From IMG/VR virus record IMGVR_UViG_3300033407_000079, positions 1-34,450 of that record: 34,450 nucleotides of DNA; one strand, given 5' to 3'. Position 1 is the stretch's first letter; every line of letters starts with the position of its first letter. The DNA comes from a virus (Duplodnaviria > Caudoviricetes). The notes beneath the pieces are model-generated. The model searched no databases, had not been told where the DNA came from, and saw only the letters and a program-made list of their open reading frames with translations. This document shows, one piece after another, positions 1-8,477 of the stretch. The position numbers and the translations under genes were made by a program.

Positions 1-97
1 ACATCCGTTGAAACGTCACGGCCGCCGGAATATCGAACCTCACCCGCTGATGCGCGCCACTGCGAAACGGATAGGCGAGTCCTTGGACAAACGTCAT
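1..97 (-). CDS. hypothetical protein, 5' part only (runs off window)
   Basis: ATG at 97 overlaps the TGA of the upstream gene (ATGA); open to the window edge: MTFVQGLAYPFRSGAHQRVRFDIPAAV... Confidence 0.5.
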   Translation of the reverse strand, partial: MTFVQGLAYPFRSGAHQRVRFDIPAAVTFQRM

Positions 98-852
98 TTG
101 GTAAACCCTTCATAGAGCAGCCCGCACTCATAATCGGTAATCAGCCGGTTCCAGCGGCCCAGCGAATCAAACGTGCCGCCAACGCTGGTGGTCGTGCGGC
201 CCAGGAACCAGTCCTGCACGCCGTTGTCGAGCGTCCCCTCGATGGCCGACGTGACACGGGTATCGGCCACCGGCGTCGCCGGCGTGCCGTTGAGGACAAA
301 CTCAGTCTGCGCCTCATGCTCGTGCCGAATGATGATGTGGTTCCAGGCGTCCGACGTCAGCGCCTGAGCAAAATTGCCTGAATGCACCTCATCGCTGTCG
401 CGCAGGGCGAGATTCAACAGGTTGCCGGTCGCCACTTGCAATTGAACACCCGCTATAGCCTGCGTGTTGTTGGTCATAAAAACCTTGGCCGGGTTCGGCG
501 GCGTGCCATCAAGGTACAGCGCAAACGCCAGTGTCCAATCTTGCAACTTGAACAGCACGTCCTCATTGCCGGCTGCCGACAATTCTGCGTAGGTCAGCCG
601 CAGATAGCTGTTTGTCACGCCGTCCCGGATCAGCGTCACGCCCTCGCCCGGCCGCCCCTCCCCCTTGGTGACGGTGCCCTCCTCCGCCCAGTCCAGCGCG
701 GTGGCGCGCGGCAACTCATCGGCATACGGCCCGCCATCGGGCTCCTCGAAATTCCAGAAGGCGACAAGATCGCGTTTGAGCAGATGAAACCCGCCGGCCG
801 AACCGGCGCGGCGGGATCGGGAGTGTCGCCAGCGCGAGCGTACGGTCATCAT
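94..852 (-). CDS. LamG/concanavalin A-like lectin domain protein (putative virion/receptor-binding)
   Basis: LVAFWNFEE start, WT-AF-L-L strand, WNHIIIRH, FVLNG, GTFDSLGRWNRLIT..E...LY match the LamG-like jelly-roll pattern; ATGA-coupled start at 852. Confidence 0.7.
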   Translation of the reverse strand: MMTVRSRWRHSRSRRAGSAGGFHLLKRDLVAFWNFEEPDGGPYADELPRATALDWAEEGTVTKGEGRPGEGVTLIRDGVTNSYLRLTYAELSAAGNEDVLFKLQDWTLAFALYLDGTPPNPAKVFMTNNTQAIAGVQLQVATGNLLNLALRDSDEVHSGNFAQALTSDAWNHIIIRHEHEAQTEFVLNGTPATPVADTRVTSAIEGTLDNGVQDWFLGRTTTSVGGTFDSLGRWNRLITDYECGLLYEGFTK

Positions 853-1157
853 TCGCCTCGGAGCCAGAATTTGACGTTGCCGGTCTTGGTCACGACGCGC
901 ACGTCCGTCGTGAGCGCGCACAGCACAAAGTCCGGCACGCCGGGCTGGACCGGGTAGCCGTCCGTGGCGTCGTCCCCGTCGGCCGTGATGGCGTCGGAAA
1001 AACCGACGTAAACCGGCTCCGCCGCATCGGGGTCAACGGAGATATGCATACCTCGCGTCAGCGCCACTGCGTCGGCCGTGGCCCGCGTGGCCGTCGTGGT
1101 CGCCATCCCGCGACGAGTGAACTTGACCGTTGAGCGGTCGATGTTAATGCTGGTCAC
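849..1157 (-). CDS. small beta-rich hypothetical (virion-like) protein, 102 aa
   Basis: GTG at 1157 overlapping upstream TGA, GGAG RBS; sequence ...PVYVGFSDAIT..DGYPVQPG...; upstream part of the 268-aa ORF call is spurious. Confidence 0.6.
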   Translation of the reverse strand: MTSINIDRSTVKFTRRGMATTTATRATADAVALTRGMHISVDPDAAEPVYVGFSDAITADGDDATDGYPVQPGVPDFVLCALTTDVRVVTKTGNVKFWLRGE

Positions 1158-2041
1158 TGTGTTTCTCCCTGTAAAATGTCCGCGATCAACTCGTCGCGGG
1201 TGAACGGTTTGGTTCCGAGGCGCTCGACCGCCAGGCCGCCGGCGTGCATGGAAAGTTTGCAGGCGTCTTCGATCTGGACTCCGCCGGCCAGGCAGTAGGC
1301 AAGCATCGCCATCACCGCGTCGCCGGCGCCGCAGGGGTCGATGGAGGTGCGCGACGTGGCCGGGAACCATTGGCCCGTGTCCAGAGGATGACTCACCAAG
1401 TCCGCGCCAAACCCGCCGCGCGTAATGAACAGCAGCGGATCGGGGTCTAGGGCGATGTAACTTTCGCGGTACTCCACCACATTCGGTTTGATCACCGTCG
1501 CGCCGGCGTACTTCTGCCAGTCCGCGCCGCGGGCCGGATCGACCAGGACGTGGATGTTCCGCTCGCGGGCCGCGGCGATCAACGTGCGCAGATCGTCGCC
1601 GTCCGGCAGCGCGCCCTTGCCGTAATCGACCAGCGCCACTGTCTCCGGCCCCCACCGCCTCACCGACATTTCGGCCAGCCGCAATGTCCCCAGCGCGTCG
1701 CTGAGCGTAGCCGTACGGTCGCAGTCGTAGCGCAGCACCTGCCGCCCGTCGGCGTCGACCAGTCGCGTCTTGACCACGTGCATCGGCGGCGAGAGACGCC
1801 GGACGTTTGCGCCCAGGCCGGTCAGGTGCTCGGCCACGTTGCCCGCCATCCCCAAGGTCGGCGCCACCTCGCCGGCCGTCTGCCAGCAGGGGGCGTCAGA
1901 CTCCGGATTGTCGCGCCGATTGGCAAGCGCGATCCAGCGGTCGGTACAGACATCGCCGACGACCAAGACGCTAGGCGAATCGATTCGCTGAAAAACTTCG
2001 GCGAGCCGCTGGGCTTCCGTCTGCTTCACTTCCGTCGGCAT
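1154..2041 (-). CDS. hldA: D-glycero-beta-D-manno-heptose-7-phosphate kinase-like (RfaE/HldE domain I, PfkB family)
   Basis: VLVVGDV.TDRW, GMAGNVA..L..LGA, DYGKG, VLVDP, YAGATVIKPN..E, ITRG..GA, PfkB anion-hole DPCGAGDAV. Confidence 0.85.
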   Translation of the reverse strand: MPTEVKQTEAQRLAEVFQRIDSPSVLVVGDVCTDRWIALANRRDNPESDAPCWQTAGEVAPTLGMAGNVAEHLTGLGANVRRLSPPMHVVKTRLVDADGRQVLRYDCDRTATLSDALGTLRLAEMSVRRWGPETVALVDYGKGALPDGDDLRTLIAAARERNIHVLVDPARGADWQKYAGATVIKPNVVEYRESYIALDPDPLLFITRGGFGADLVSHPLDTGQWFPATSRTSIDPCGAGDAVMAMLAYCLAGGVQIEDACKLSMHAGGLAVERLGTKPFTRDELIADILQGETQ

Positions 2042-2433
2042 CGCGCCAGTATCTCCGTCGTGCTGATTTTGGCGATGTGCGGCGGCGGGCGGAGCACGCG
2101 AACCAGACCGCCCCATTGGCGGACCGTCGCTTCTCCGATCACCTCCCGCGTCCGCGCCCCTTTAACTAGATACGATGGCCGCACGTCTTGCAAGAGATGT
2201 GTGAGGTCGTCGAACAGCACGGCTTGCGTGACGCCCGCCACGGCGCGAACAATCGTCACGCGCTCCCAGGCCGGGATCACCGGACGGCCGGGTCCCTTGA
2301 GCTTGCGGACCCGATCGTCGCTATCGACGCCGACGATAAGCTCGCAGCCCATCGCGGCGGCTTCGCGCAGCAACCAGGCATGTCCGGCGTGGAACAGATC
2401 GAAGCAGCCGTTGGTGAAGATGGTGCCGTTCAT
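2026..2433 (-). CDS. hldC: D-glycero-beta-D-manno-heptose-1-phosphate adenylyltransferase-like (RfaE/HldE domain II)
   Basis: FTNGCFDLFHAGH (HIGH motif), VGVDSD..VRKLKGPGRPVI..ER, YLVKG, ISTTEIL. Confidence 0.88.
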   Translation of the reverse strand: MNGTIFTNGCFDLFHAGHAWLLREAAAMGCELIVGVDSDDRVRKLKGPGRPVIPAWERVTIVRAVAGVTQAVLFDDLTHLLQDVRPSYLVKGARTREVIGEATVRQWGGLVRVLRPPPHIAKISTTEILARCRRK

Positions 2434-3683
2434 TGTGGGCGCGGGTTGCGGAGGTGGAAGATGCCCAGGCCGCCCGATTCGTAGTGATGGCCGTAATCCC
2501 ATGTGGCGAAGCGCCTTGCCAGCAGTCGGTTCCAGCGCGCGGACCCGTGATACTCGCCCACGATGAAGCGGATGGAGTCCAACAGCGTTGTTCGGCCGAG
2601 GACGGAATGTTCGCAGCCCTCGCAGTCGAGTTTGAGAAGGTCGATGGTCGATGGTCGAGTGTCCAGCGAGTCAAGCACGGCCTCCAACGTGACGACCGGC
2701 AGCGGCCGCTCGTCCAGCCAATATTGCGTATCCCCGCGCGGCGAAAACGTGTGCGGCGGGAAGCTGACGATCGATCCGCCCGTGCTGGCGCAATGCGGGA
2801 AGACCGCGTTCAACAGCCGCGGCGCCCCCTTTTCGTAAGAACAGGCCGCGTGAACGATCGTGGCGAAGTGCCCGACGTTTTTCTCCAGGGCCGTGAGATT
2901 CTCCGGACAGGCCTCGATGCAGATGATCTTCGCCCGCGGGTTCCGCTCGTGAACCAGCCTGGCGAAACAGCCGATGTGCGCGCCGACGTCGACGACCGTT
3001 TCTGCCGACTCGACGACCCGCGGGATCAACCGCAGCCGGTACGTGTCCTCCTCATACACGTCGCGGACGATCACCAGATCCTTGTCGACGTTGTGTTCGC
3101 GGACCCAGAAGCCGCGGCGCTGGACCAGACTCGGCGGGCAGTCGTAAAGTTCTTTGGGCATGGTCTCTCCAGTCGCGTAGTGTTTTCGATTTTGATTCTC
3201 AATCCGCGCGGCGGTCGTTTGTCCCGGCGTGTGGATCGGGCCTCTGGCGTACGGCAAGCCAATCGTCGGCAGCCAGGCGGCGAGCATTGGCTCGCTCAGG
3301 GATTCGTAAGGGACGATCTCCAACTGTAGTCCCGCACGCATCGCCGTGGCCACGTTGGTCGCGGTCGTCACCGTCCGGTCCAAATAACAGAGGCCGAAAT
3401 CCTTTCCGTGCGCGCGGCTGGCGCTGCGGGCCTGGGCGATCGGTTCTCGGACCATCACGATCGCCGCCACGTGTCCGTAGCCGCACTCCCGCAGCGCCTC
3501 GGCCCAGTACGGCAGCCGGTGATGCTGGACCATTACATACGGCCGCCCGTCGCATTGCGGGATCTCCCCGGACCCGGCCGGCTGATCGGTCGATCCGGAT
3601 CCCCGGCAGCCGGAGCGGACCAGAATCGCTGCCATCAATCGGTTCCCGCTGGCAAACGGGCCGCAGACGATGTAAGCGTTCAT
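2430..3683 (-). CDS. fusion: N-terminal sulfotransferase-like P-loop domain + FkbM-family methyltransferase
   Basis: N-term IVCGPFASGNRLMAAIL, IVMVREP, IVPYESL; C-term VVDVGAHIGCF, IEACPEN, IDLLKLDCEGCEH; ATGA-coupled start at 3683; possible internal start at 3161. Confidence 0.75.
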   Translation of the reverse strand: MNAYIVCGPFASGNRLMAAILVRSGCRGSGSTDQPAGSGEIPQCDGRPYVMVQHHRLPYWAEALRECGYGHVAAIVMVREPIAQARSASRAHGKDFGLCYLDRTVTTATNVATAMRAGLQLEIVPYESLSEPMLAAWLPTIGLPYARGPIHTPGQTTAARIENQNRKHYATGETMPKELYDCPPSLVQRRGFWVREHNVDKDLVIVRDVYEEDTYRLRLIPRVVESAETVVDVGAHIGCFARLVHERNPRAKIICIEACPENLTALEKNVGHFATIVHAACSYEKGAPRLLNAVFPHCASTGGSIVSFPPHTFSPRGDTQYWLDERPLPVVTLEAVLDSLDTRPSTIDLLKLDCEGCEHSVLGRTTLLDSIRFIVGEYHGSARWNRLLARRFATWDYGHHYESGGLGIFHLRNPRPQ

Positions 3684-5098
3684 CCAGCGGCCTCCGCGGT
3701 CTCTGCGGCTCTGCGTGAGGCCTTTAGTCTTTCGCTCACCAGCTCCGGCAGTTCGTAGCGGAGGTGGCGATAGCAAAAGTGGTAGCGGTAATGATCGCGG
3801 AAGTAGCGGTCGCCCGTCGCCCGGTCGCCGCGGATGTACTTTTCATGGTCGGGACAGACCACGTGCGTCACGTTGTCGGCTGGGCAAAAATAGTTCACCG
3901 GATGCAGTTGCTTCCAGACCACGATCGTCGGCGTGTCGGTGGCGGCGGCGATGTGCTCTGGACCACTGTCGATGCCGACGACCAGCGCGCAGCGCTCGAT
4001 CAGCGCCGCCAGTTGCGCCGCGTCGCCCGTGCCCGTCGCGCCCCACATGGGATGACCGGCGCCGAGCATCTCCAGGCCGTCAATCGCTCCGGCCCATTTC
4101 GATCGGTAGGGCGTCTCAAAGTCCAACACCACCGGCACGTGGCCGGCGTCCAAGACGGCCTGGATACAATCGCGGGCGATGTCCTCCTCGATGTTCTTCC
4201 ACGAGCGGGCGGAGTTGCCCTGGTAGTGGAGCAACACGACGGGGAAGCGGGGATGAATGCCTTGTGTCCCTTGTGCCTTCGTGGTGATCGATTCCAGGTA
4301 TCGCTCGGCCTCTTGTTTCTCACAGTCATACGGCTCGACGGAGTAATAGTTGAGTTCCGGAGTGGGCCGGACGCCGAGCATTTCCTTCAGACACCTTTCC
4401 ACTTTGGTGCCGGGAGAATCAGAAAAAGTTTCCTCCGGCTCCGAGAAGCTGACCTGGCGGATGTCGGCGTAGTCGCGCAAGATCGGCTGATCGGCGCCGG
4501 GGACGTTGTACGTAAAGGTTCTGCGGGCCAGGCCGCGGAACGCGGTGTGGGCGCCGACCTTCGAGCGGATGTCGATCGTCAACTCCGGGTGGATGGCCCT
4601 GACGTGGCGCAGAACCGCGGTGAACTGGACGGCGTCGCCCAGCCCGTGCGGGAACGTCCAGAGCGCCAGCTTCGGTGCCGCGCCCACCAGCGGCTCCGGC
4701 GGAGGGCAGAGTTTTTTGCAGACCCGCGTGAGCGGGAAGATCGCGTTGAGCGAATCCTGCCGTACACGACATCCACATCCGGCTCTCCGCTCTCCGCTCT
4801 CCGCTCTCCGCAGCCAACGACTATACCGGCTCGGCTGCTGCGTCAACAGCTTCCGCACTTCGACGCACTTGTGCGGTATCCAGTTCACGGCGACCCAGTG
4901 CAACGCGTACGCGACCAGATCACCCGCGCCGCGGCAGGTGCAAGTGACCGTTGTGGCCAGATCGATCCGCCGGCAGGTGTGGCGGATCCTATCCGCCAAA
5001 AATCGAGTCGGGTTGGTGCGTAGACCGCAGGCGGAACATTGCCAAACGTACGGACGATCTGGATCGTCAGTCTCATGGTGAAGTTTCCAGGTATTCAT
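3680..5098 (-). CDS. glycosyltransferase family 9 (ADP-heptose transferase-like) with Cys-rich N-terminal extension
   Basis: PHGLGDAVQF and LVVGIDSGPEHIAAATDTPTIVVW GT9 motifs; N-term CSAC, CTC.G.GD, GCGC..RQ..LN. Confidence 0.82.
   Translation of the reverse strand: MNTWKLHHETDDPDRPYVWQCSACGLRTNPTRFLADRIRHTCRRIDLATTVTCTCRGAGDLVAYALHWVAVNWIPHKCVEVRKLLTQQPSRYSRWLRRAESGERRAGCGCRVRQDSLNAIFPLTRVCKKLCPPPEPLVGAAPKLALWTFPHGLGDAVQFTAVLRHVRAIHPELTIDIRSKVGAHTAFRGLARRTFTYNVPGADQPILRDYADIRQVSFSEPEETFSDSPGTKVERCLKEMLGVRPTPELNYYSVEPYDCEKQEAERYLESITTKAQGTQGIHPRFPVVLLHYQGNSARSWKNIEEDIARDCIQAVLDAGHVPVVLDFETPYRSKWAGAIDGLEMLGAGHPMWGATGTGDAAQLAALIERCALVVGIDSGPEHIAAATDTPTIVVWKQLHPVNYFCPADNVTHVVCPDHEKYIRGDRATGDRYFRDHYRYHFCYRHLRYELPELVSERLKASRRAAETAEAAG
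4783..4810. repeat. (CTCTCCG)x4 perfect heptamer tandem repeat inside the GT9 gene
   Basis: read directly from sequence. Confidence 0.9.
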
Positions 5099-5104
5099 AT
5101 GCGA

Positions 5105-5722
5105 TCAGGGCGCCGCGATCGGGGAAGCAGTGGCTTGACTCGCACCGGTGTATTCGCAGCGAGCCGCATTGGAAAAAAAAAAGTCGCAGACGATCAGATC
5201 TGCGAGGCAATCGACGTCGCCAACGGGATTGTAGCGCCACAGACTTTCGCCCACGGGTTCATTCATTTGTATTTCAAACGACGAACCGGCTGGTACGGTC
5301 TGGACGACGGCCTCGAAGTTGATGGTGTCCCCGCTGGGACCATCGCACGGGAAGAACGAATCACCTTGTCGACCGCAATGTAATTCGAAAACGAACCCGG
5401 TAGGTCCGAGAATGTACGCGCCCGGCAGTGTGTCGCAGTTGGCTTGCGTGCAGGCTGCGGTTTGGCTGGTGAATCCGTCTGGTATTTCGACCTGATAATA
5501 CTCGGACATTCTGCCGTCGAGACATACAGCGCAACCCTCAATAAACGTAATGCCTGGGCTGCTGGTCGACGTGCTGCCCGGCGGAGGAGGGGGAAAATCT
5601 ATAATCGACGAACCGCTGCCGAACACCGAACCGTCAACAGGGCAGCAGCACGGGTAGCCGCCGGCCATGCCGAGCAGGAGGCTGGAAAGGACGGCAAGGA
5701 TGATGTCTTCGGGAATCAGCAT
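5105..5722 (-). CDS. Cys-rich hypothetical protein (hydrophobic N-terminus, PCCC motif)
   Basis: ORF fits operon; MAGGYPCCCP motif, Pro/Ser linker, many Cys. Confidence 0.65.
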   Translation of the reverse strand: MLIPEDIILAVLSSLLLGMAGGYPCCCPVDGSVFGSGSSIIDFPPPPPGSTSTSSPGITFIEGCAVCLDGRMSEYYQVEIPDGFTSQTAACTQANCDTLPGAYILGPTGFVFELHCGRQGDSFFPCDGPSGDTINFEAVVQTVPAGSSFEIQMNEPVGESLWRYNPVGDVDCLADLIVCDFFFSNAARCEYTGASQATASPIAAP

Positions 5723-5728
5723 GGCGTG

Positions 5729-5813
5729 ATGGTCGAGGGTCGAGGGACAAGGGTCGAGGGCCGGAAAGACGCGCTAGCGCGTACACTTGTCCCTCGACCC
5801 TTGACACTCGACG
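5729..5813. repeat. intergenic heptamer-repeat hairpin element
   Basis: GGTCGAG-type tandem units; perfect 15-bp inverted repeat 5737-5751/5786-5800; internal 14-bp palindrome ACGCGCTAGCGCGT at 5769-5782. Confidence 0.85.
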
Positions 5814-5816
5814 TTC

Positions 5817-6398
5817 TCAACATTGTACGTTCTCGATCCAATACTGGGCCGCCGCGTGATTCCACCTCACATACGCGCGGTCGCCCGCGTCGCCCTCGAA
5901 CGTGCCAAGTTGATCGTGCGCGGTGAAGGTGGAGCCGTCGCCCCCCTTGGCGATGATCCACTTGACCGTCACGCTGCCGCCGGCCGAGAGCGCGCCCTGT
6001 AGTTCACAGACCAACAGGTCCCAGTCGTAATAGCAAAACCACCAGCGGCTGTTCTCTCGCCAGACCTGCAGCTTCTTGCCTTCGGGGACGTAGGGCGCGT
6101 TGGTCAGGTTGTGAGCTAAAAACTTCGGGTCGGCCTTTTGTCGCAACGTCTCCGTGATGGCTTTGACGCCGGAGAAATCCTCGACAAACGTATCGTCCGT
6201 GAAGATGATTTCATAAGTATTCCATCCCTGGCTGCGGAGCGGATACGTGCCCGTCGCGCTGGTGATCGCGTGCCGCGGGTTGCGCACAAGCGGTGCGTCC
6301 CCCAGGCGCTGCGCCGCCTGGCGCAGAAAACGCTCCTGGTGCGCCGCCTGGCGTTCCAGTTCGATCAGCCGGTTTTCGACGGTTCCGCGAGGCGGCAT
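5817..6398 (-). CDS. hypothetical tail-tip/baseplate-region protein
   Basis: N-terminal coiled coil then beta-rich region; abuts the large tail protein gene. Confidence 0.6.
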   Translation of the reverse strand: MPPRGTVENRLIELERQAAHQERFLRQAAQRLGDAPLVRNPRHAITSATGTYPLRSQGWNTYEIIFTDDTFVEDFSGVKAITETLRQKADPKFLAHNLTNAPYVPEGKKLQVWRENSRWWFCYYDWDLLVCELQGALSAGGSVTVKWIIAKGGDGSTFTAHDQLGTFEGDAGDRAYVRWNHAAAQYWIENVQC

Positions 6399-8474
6399 CT
6401 ACACCACCAGTGCTCGAAAATTGATGTCCGCAAAATCGGTGCTGACGACGGTCCGCGCCCGCGCCAGGTCGTAGGTGATCGACGTCACCAGGCTGTTGAC
6501 CTCCGTCAGGGCCTCGCCCGCGCCGACCTCGGTAATCAGGTCGCCCAGGTCGAAGCCTCGAAAGTGTTGACGGATTTCCAGCGCGAACGAAATCCGCGGG
6601 GACCGATACCACTCGGCCGCCAGATTGGCCAGATCGGTCATCCAGGATCGATCGTCGCGGCTGAACGTCCCATCGGCGTTGCGCACCAACGTGCCGTCGG
6701 CCTGGATGCCGGTAACGCAGCCCTCGGCGAGCCAGTCCAGCCGCGCGCGGTCCTCAAGGTCGATCACGATCTCGCGGATCACGTCGTCTTCCTCGGCGCC
6801 GACAATCACCGATACTTCGACGTAACGATCCGCCTCGGCGGCAACGGTGCAGATCAGGTTGTCGCGCCAGTCGTATTCGACCGGCACCTCCGCACCGCTG
6901 ACCAGCGGGAGGAAATCAGCGCCGGCGATGATGTGTTGCGGCCGTCCGCTGATCTTGATCGACACCGCCGCGTCGTGATCGGCCATCCGCACGTGCGCCG
7001 ACCACTTGGGACCGTCGCCTTCCAGACCCAAGCCTTCCACGCCGCCGAGTTGTCCGAGGCGGTCGATCATCGCGTAACGGCTGTCCGTGACGTGGATTCG
7101 CAGCAGCGCAAACGGCGCGACAAACTCCGTCGCCTCGTCTACGATCTCGTGTTCCTTGATGGCCGGCAGCCGGTCCAGGAATCGAAACGCGGGGCGGTAA
7201 GCCGGCTCAGGATTCAACTCGTCGTCTCCGCCGTCAGGACCGACGCGAGGGAACCAGACCACCACGCCCAGGCCCGCCTCTCCGTCGTTGACCAGCCCAT
7301 CCCAATCGTCCGGCAGCTTGAACGACGCGAACACGCGGCGCAGCTTGTCGGCCGAGCGTGCCAGCATGTTGGCACGCTCCTGCTCGTCCACGTCCAGCCC
7401 GGCGTAGCCGGGGATGCCGGACGCGGCGGACTCGTAATCGGCTTCCTGTGCCGCGGTCCAATCCGCCTCCAGCGTGCCGTCCAGGGGGGAAAGGCAAAAC
7501 GTGCTGGTGGCTCGTGCGCCCCGTACCGTGATCTTTTCGACCTCGTGCGTGGCGCTGGTCCGCAGCGGCGTGACGTCGTTCCAAATCGTGGCGTCGATGT
7601 CCGCGTCCTTGAGCACCAAATTCGGCGACACGCGGCCTCCGCCGGGCAGGATGATCTGCTGTGGCGCGAAGCTGTAGATCAACAGATCGATCAAGGTCGG
7701 CGACTGGGTTTCGTCCACGTCCACGGTCCATGCCAAAAAACGTGAGCGGTCGACCAGGTCCAACAGCACCTGATCGAGCGTCATCCCGTGAACGGTTTTT
7801 TTAGGCCGGTCCCAATCGTGCAACGTGGCGATCGCCGAGAAGCTAAAACGGAAGTTGAGCTTCACTTCGCCCTGCTTGTCGGTCGGAGCGTGATACGTAA
7901 ACAGGTACTCGACGATATCCTTTGTGCTCCACCACGTGGCGTCGTTCAGGTCGTCGGCGAACACGTAGGCGCCGTTGGGTCCGCGCTCCATGCTGCGGTT
8001 GCCCGTATTTTTGCGTGCGTTATCCTCATTGAACGGAAGCGCGCGGTTAATGCGGGTTTCGCCCGCGCCGACGATCGAATGGCGAAGGATCGACCGGCGC
8101 AGCAGGGACTCCAGGCCGAAGGCGAACGCCTTCTGCCGGCCGGTAGTGCCGCCCGCGCGCGCGTCGTCCACCTCTTGGATCTGGCCGTACCAGCGTTTCT
8201 CGTCGGCCTCGCCCGGCGCGATCGTGATCCGCACGTAGTGATTCAGCAAATCCAATCGCGAAAACACCGCGAACGACGCGGAGTCGTGCTGTATGATGTT
8301 GCCATACGTCCATTCAAGCACCGCCTGAGAAATCTCCGGCATGACGGTGTGCTTGACTTCGAGCGCAAACAGGTACGGCCGCAGCGTCCAGGCGTCATTC
8401 CAAAATTGCCTGGTGTGGACCTGATGCGGGACCGCATCGGCCAACGTCGCGGCGGGGAGTGTCACAGTGGTCAC
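6399..8474 (-). CDS. large tail-tip/hub-like structural protein
   Basis: 691 aa, downstream of tape measure; C-term ..GFDLGDLITEV..VNSLVTSITYD..T.VST resembles hub/Tal-type C-termini; positional inference. Confidence 0.6.
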   Translation of the reverse strand: MTTVTLPAATLADAVPHQVHTRQFWNDAWTLRPYLFALEVKHTVMPEISQAVLEWTYGNIIQHDSASFAVFSRLDLLNHYVRITIAPGEADEKRWYGQIQEVDDARAGGTTGRQKAFAFGLESLLRRSILRHSIVGAGETRINRALPFNEDNARKNTGNRSMERGPNGAYVFADDLNDATWWSTKDIVEYLFTYHAPTDKQGEVKLNFRFSFSAIATLHDWDRPKKTVHGMTLDQVLLDLVDRSRFLAWTVDVDETQSPTLIDLLIYSFAPQQIILPGGGRVSPNLVLKDADIDATIWNDVTPLRTSATHEVEKITVRGARATSTFCLSPLDGTLEADWTAAQEADYESAASGIPGYAGLDVDEQERANMLARSADKLRRVFASFKLPDDWDGLVNDGEAGLGVVVWFPRVGPDGGDDELNPEPAYRPAFRFLDRLPAIKEHEIVDEATEFVAPFALLRIHVTDSRYAMIDRLGQLGGVEGLGLEGDGPKWSAHVRMADHDAAVSIKISGRPQHIIAGADFLPLVSGAEVPVEYDWRDNLICTVAAEADRYVEVSVIVGAEEDDVIREIVIDLEDRARLDWLAEGCVTGIQADGTLVRNADGTFSRDDRSWMTDLANLAAEWYRSPRISFALEIRQHFRGFDLGDLITEVGAGEALTEVNSLVTSITYDLARARTVVSTDFADINFRALVV

Positions 8475-8477
8475 AGG

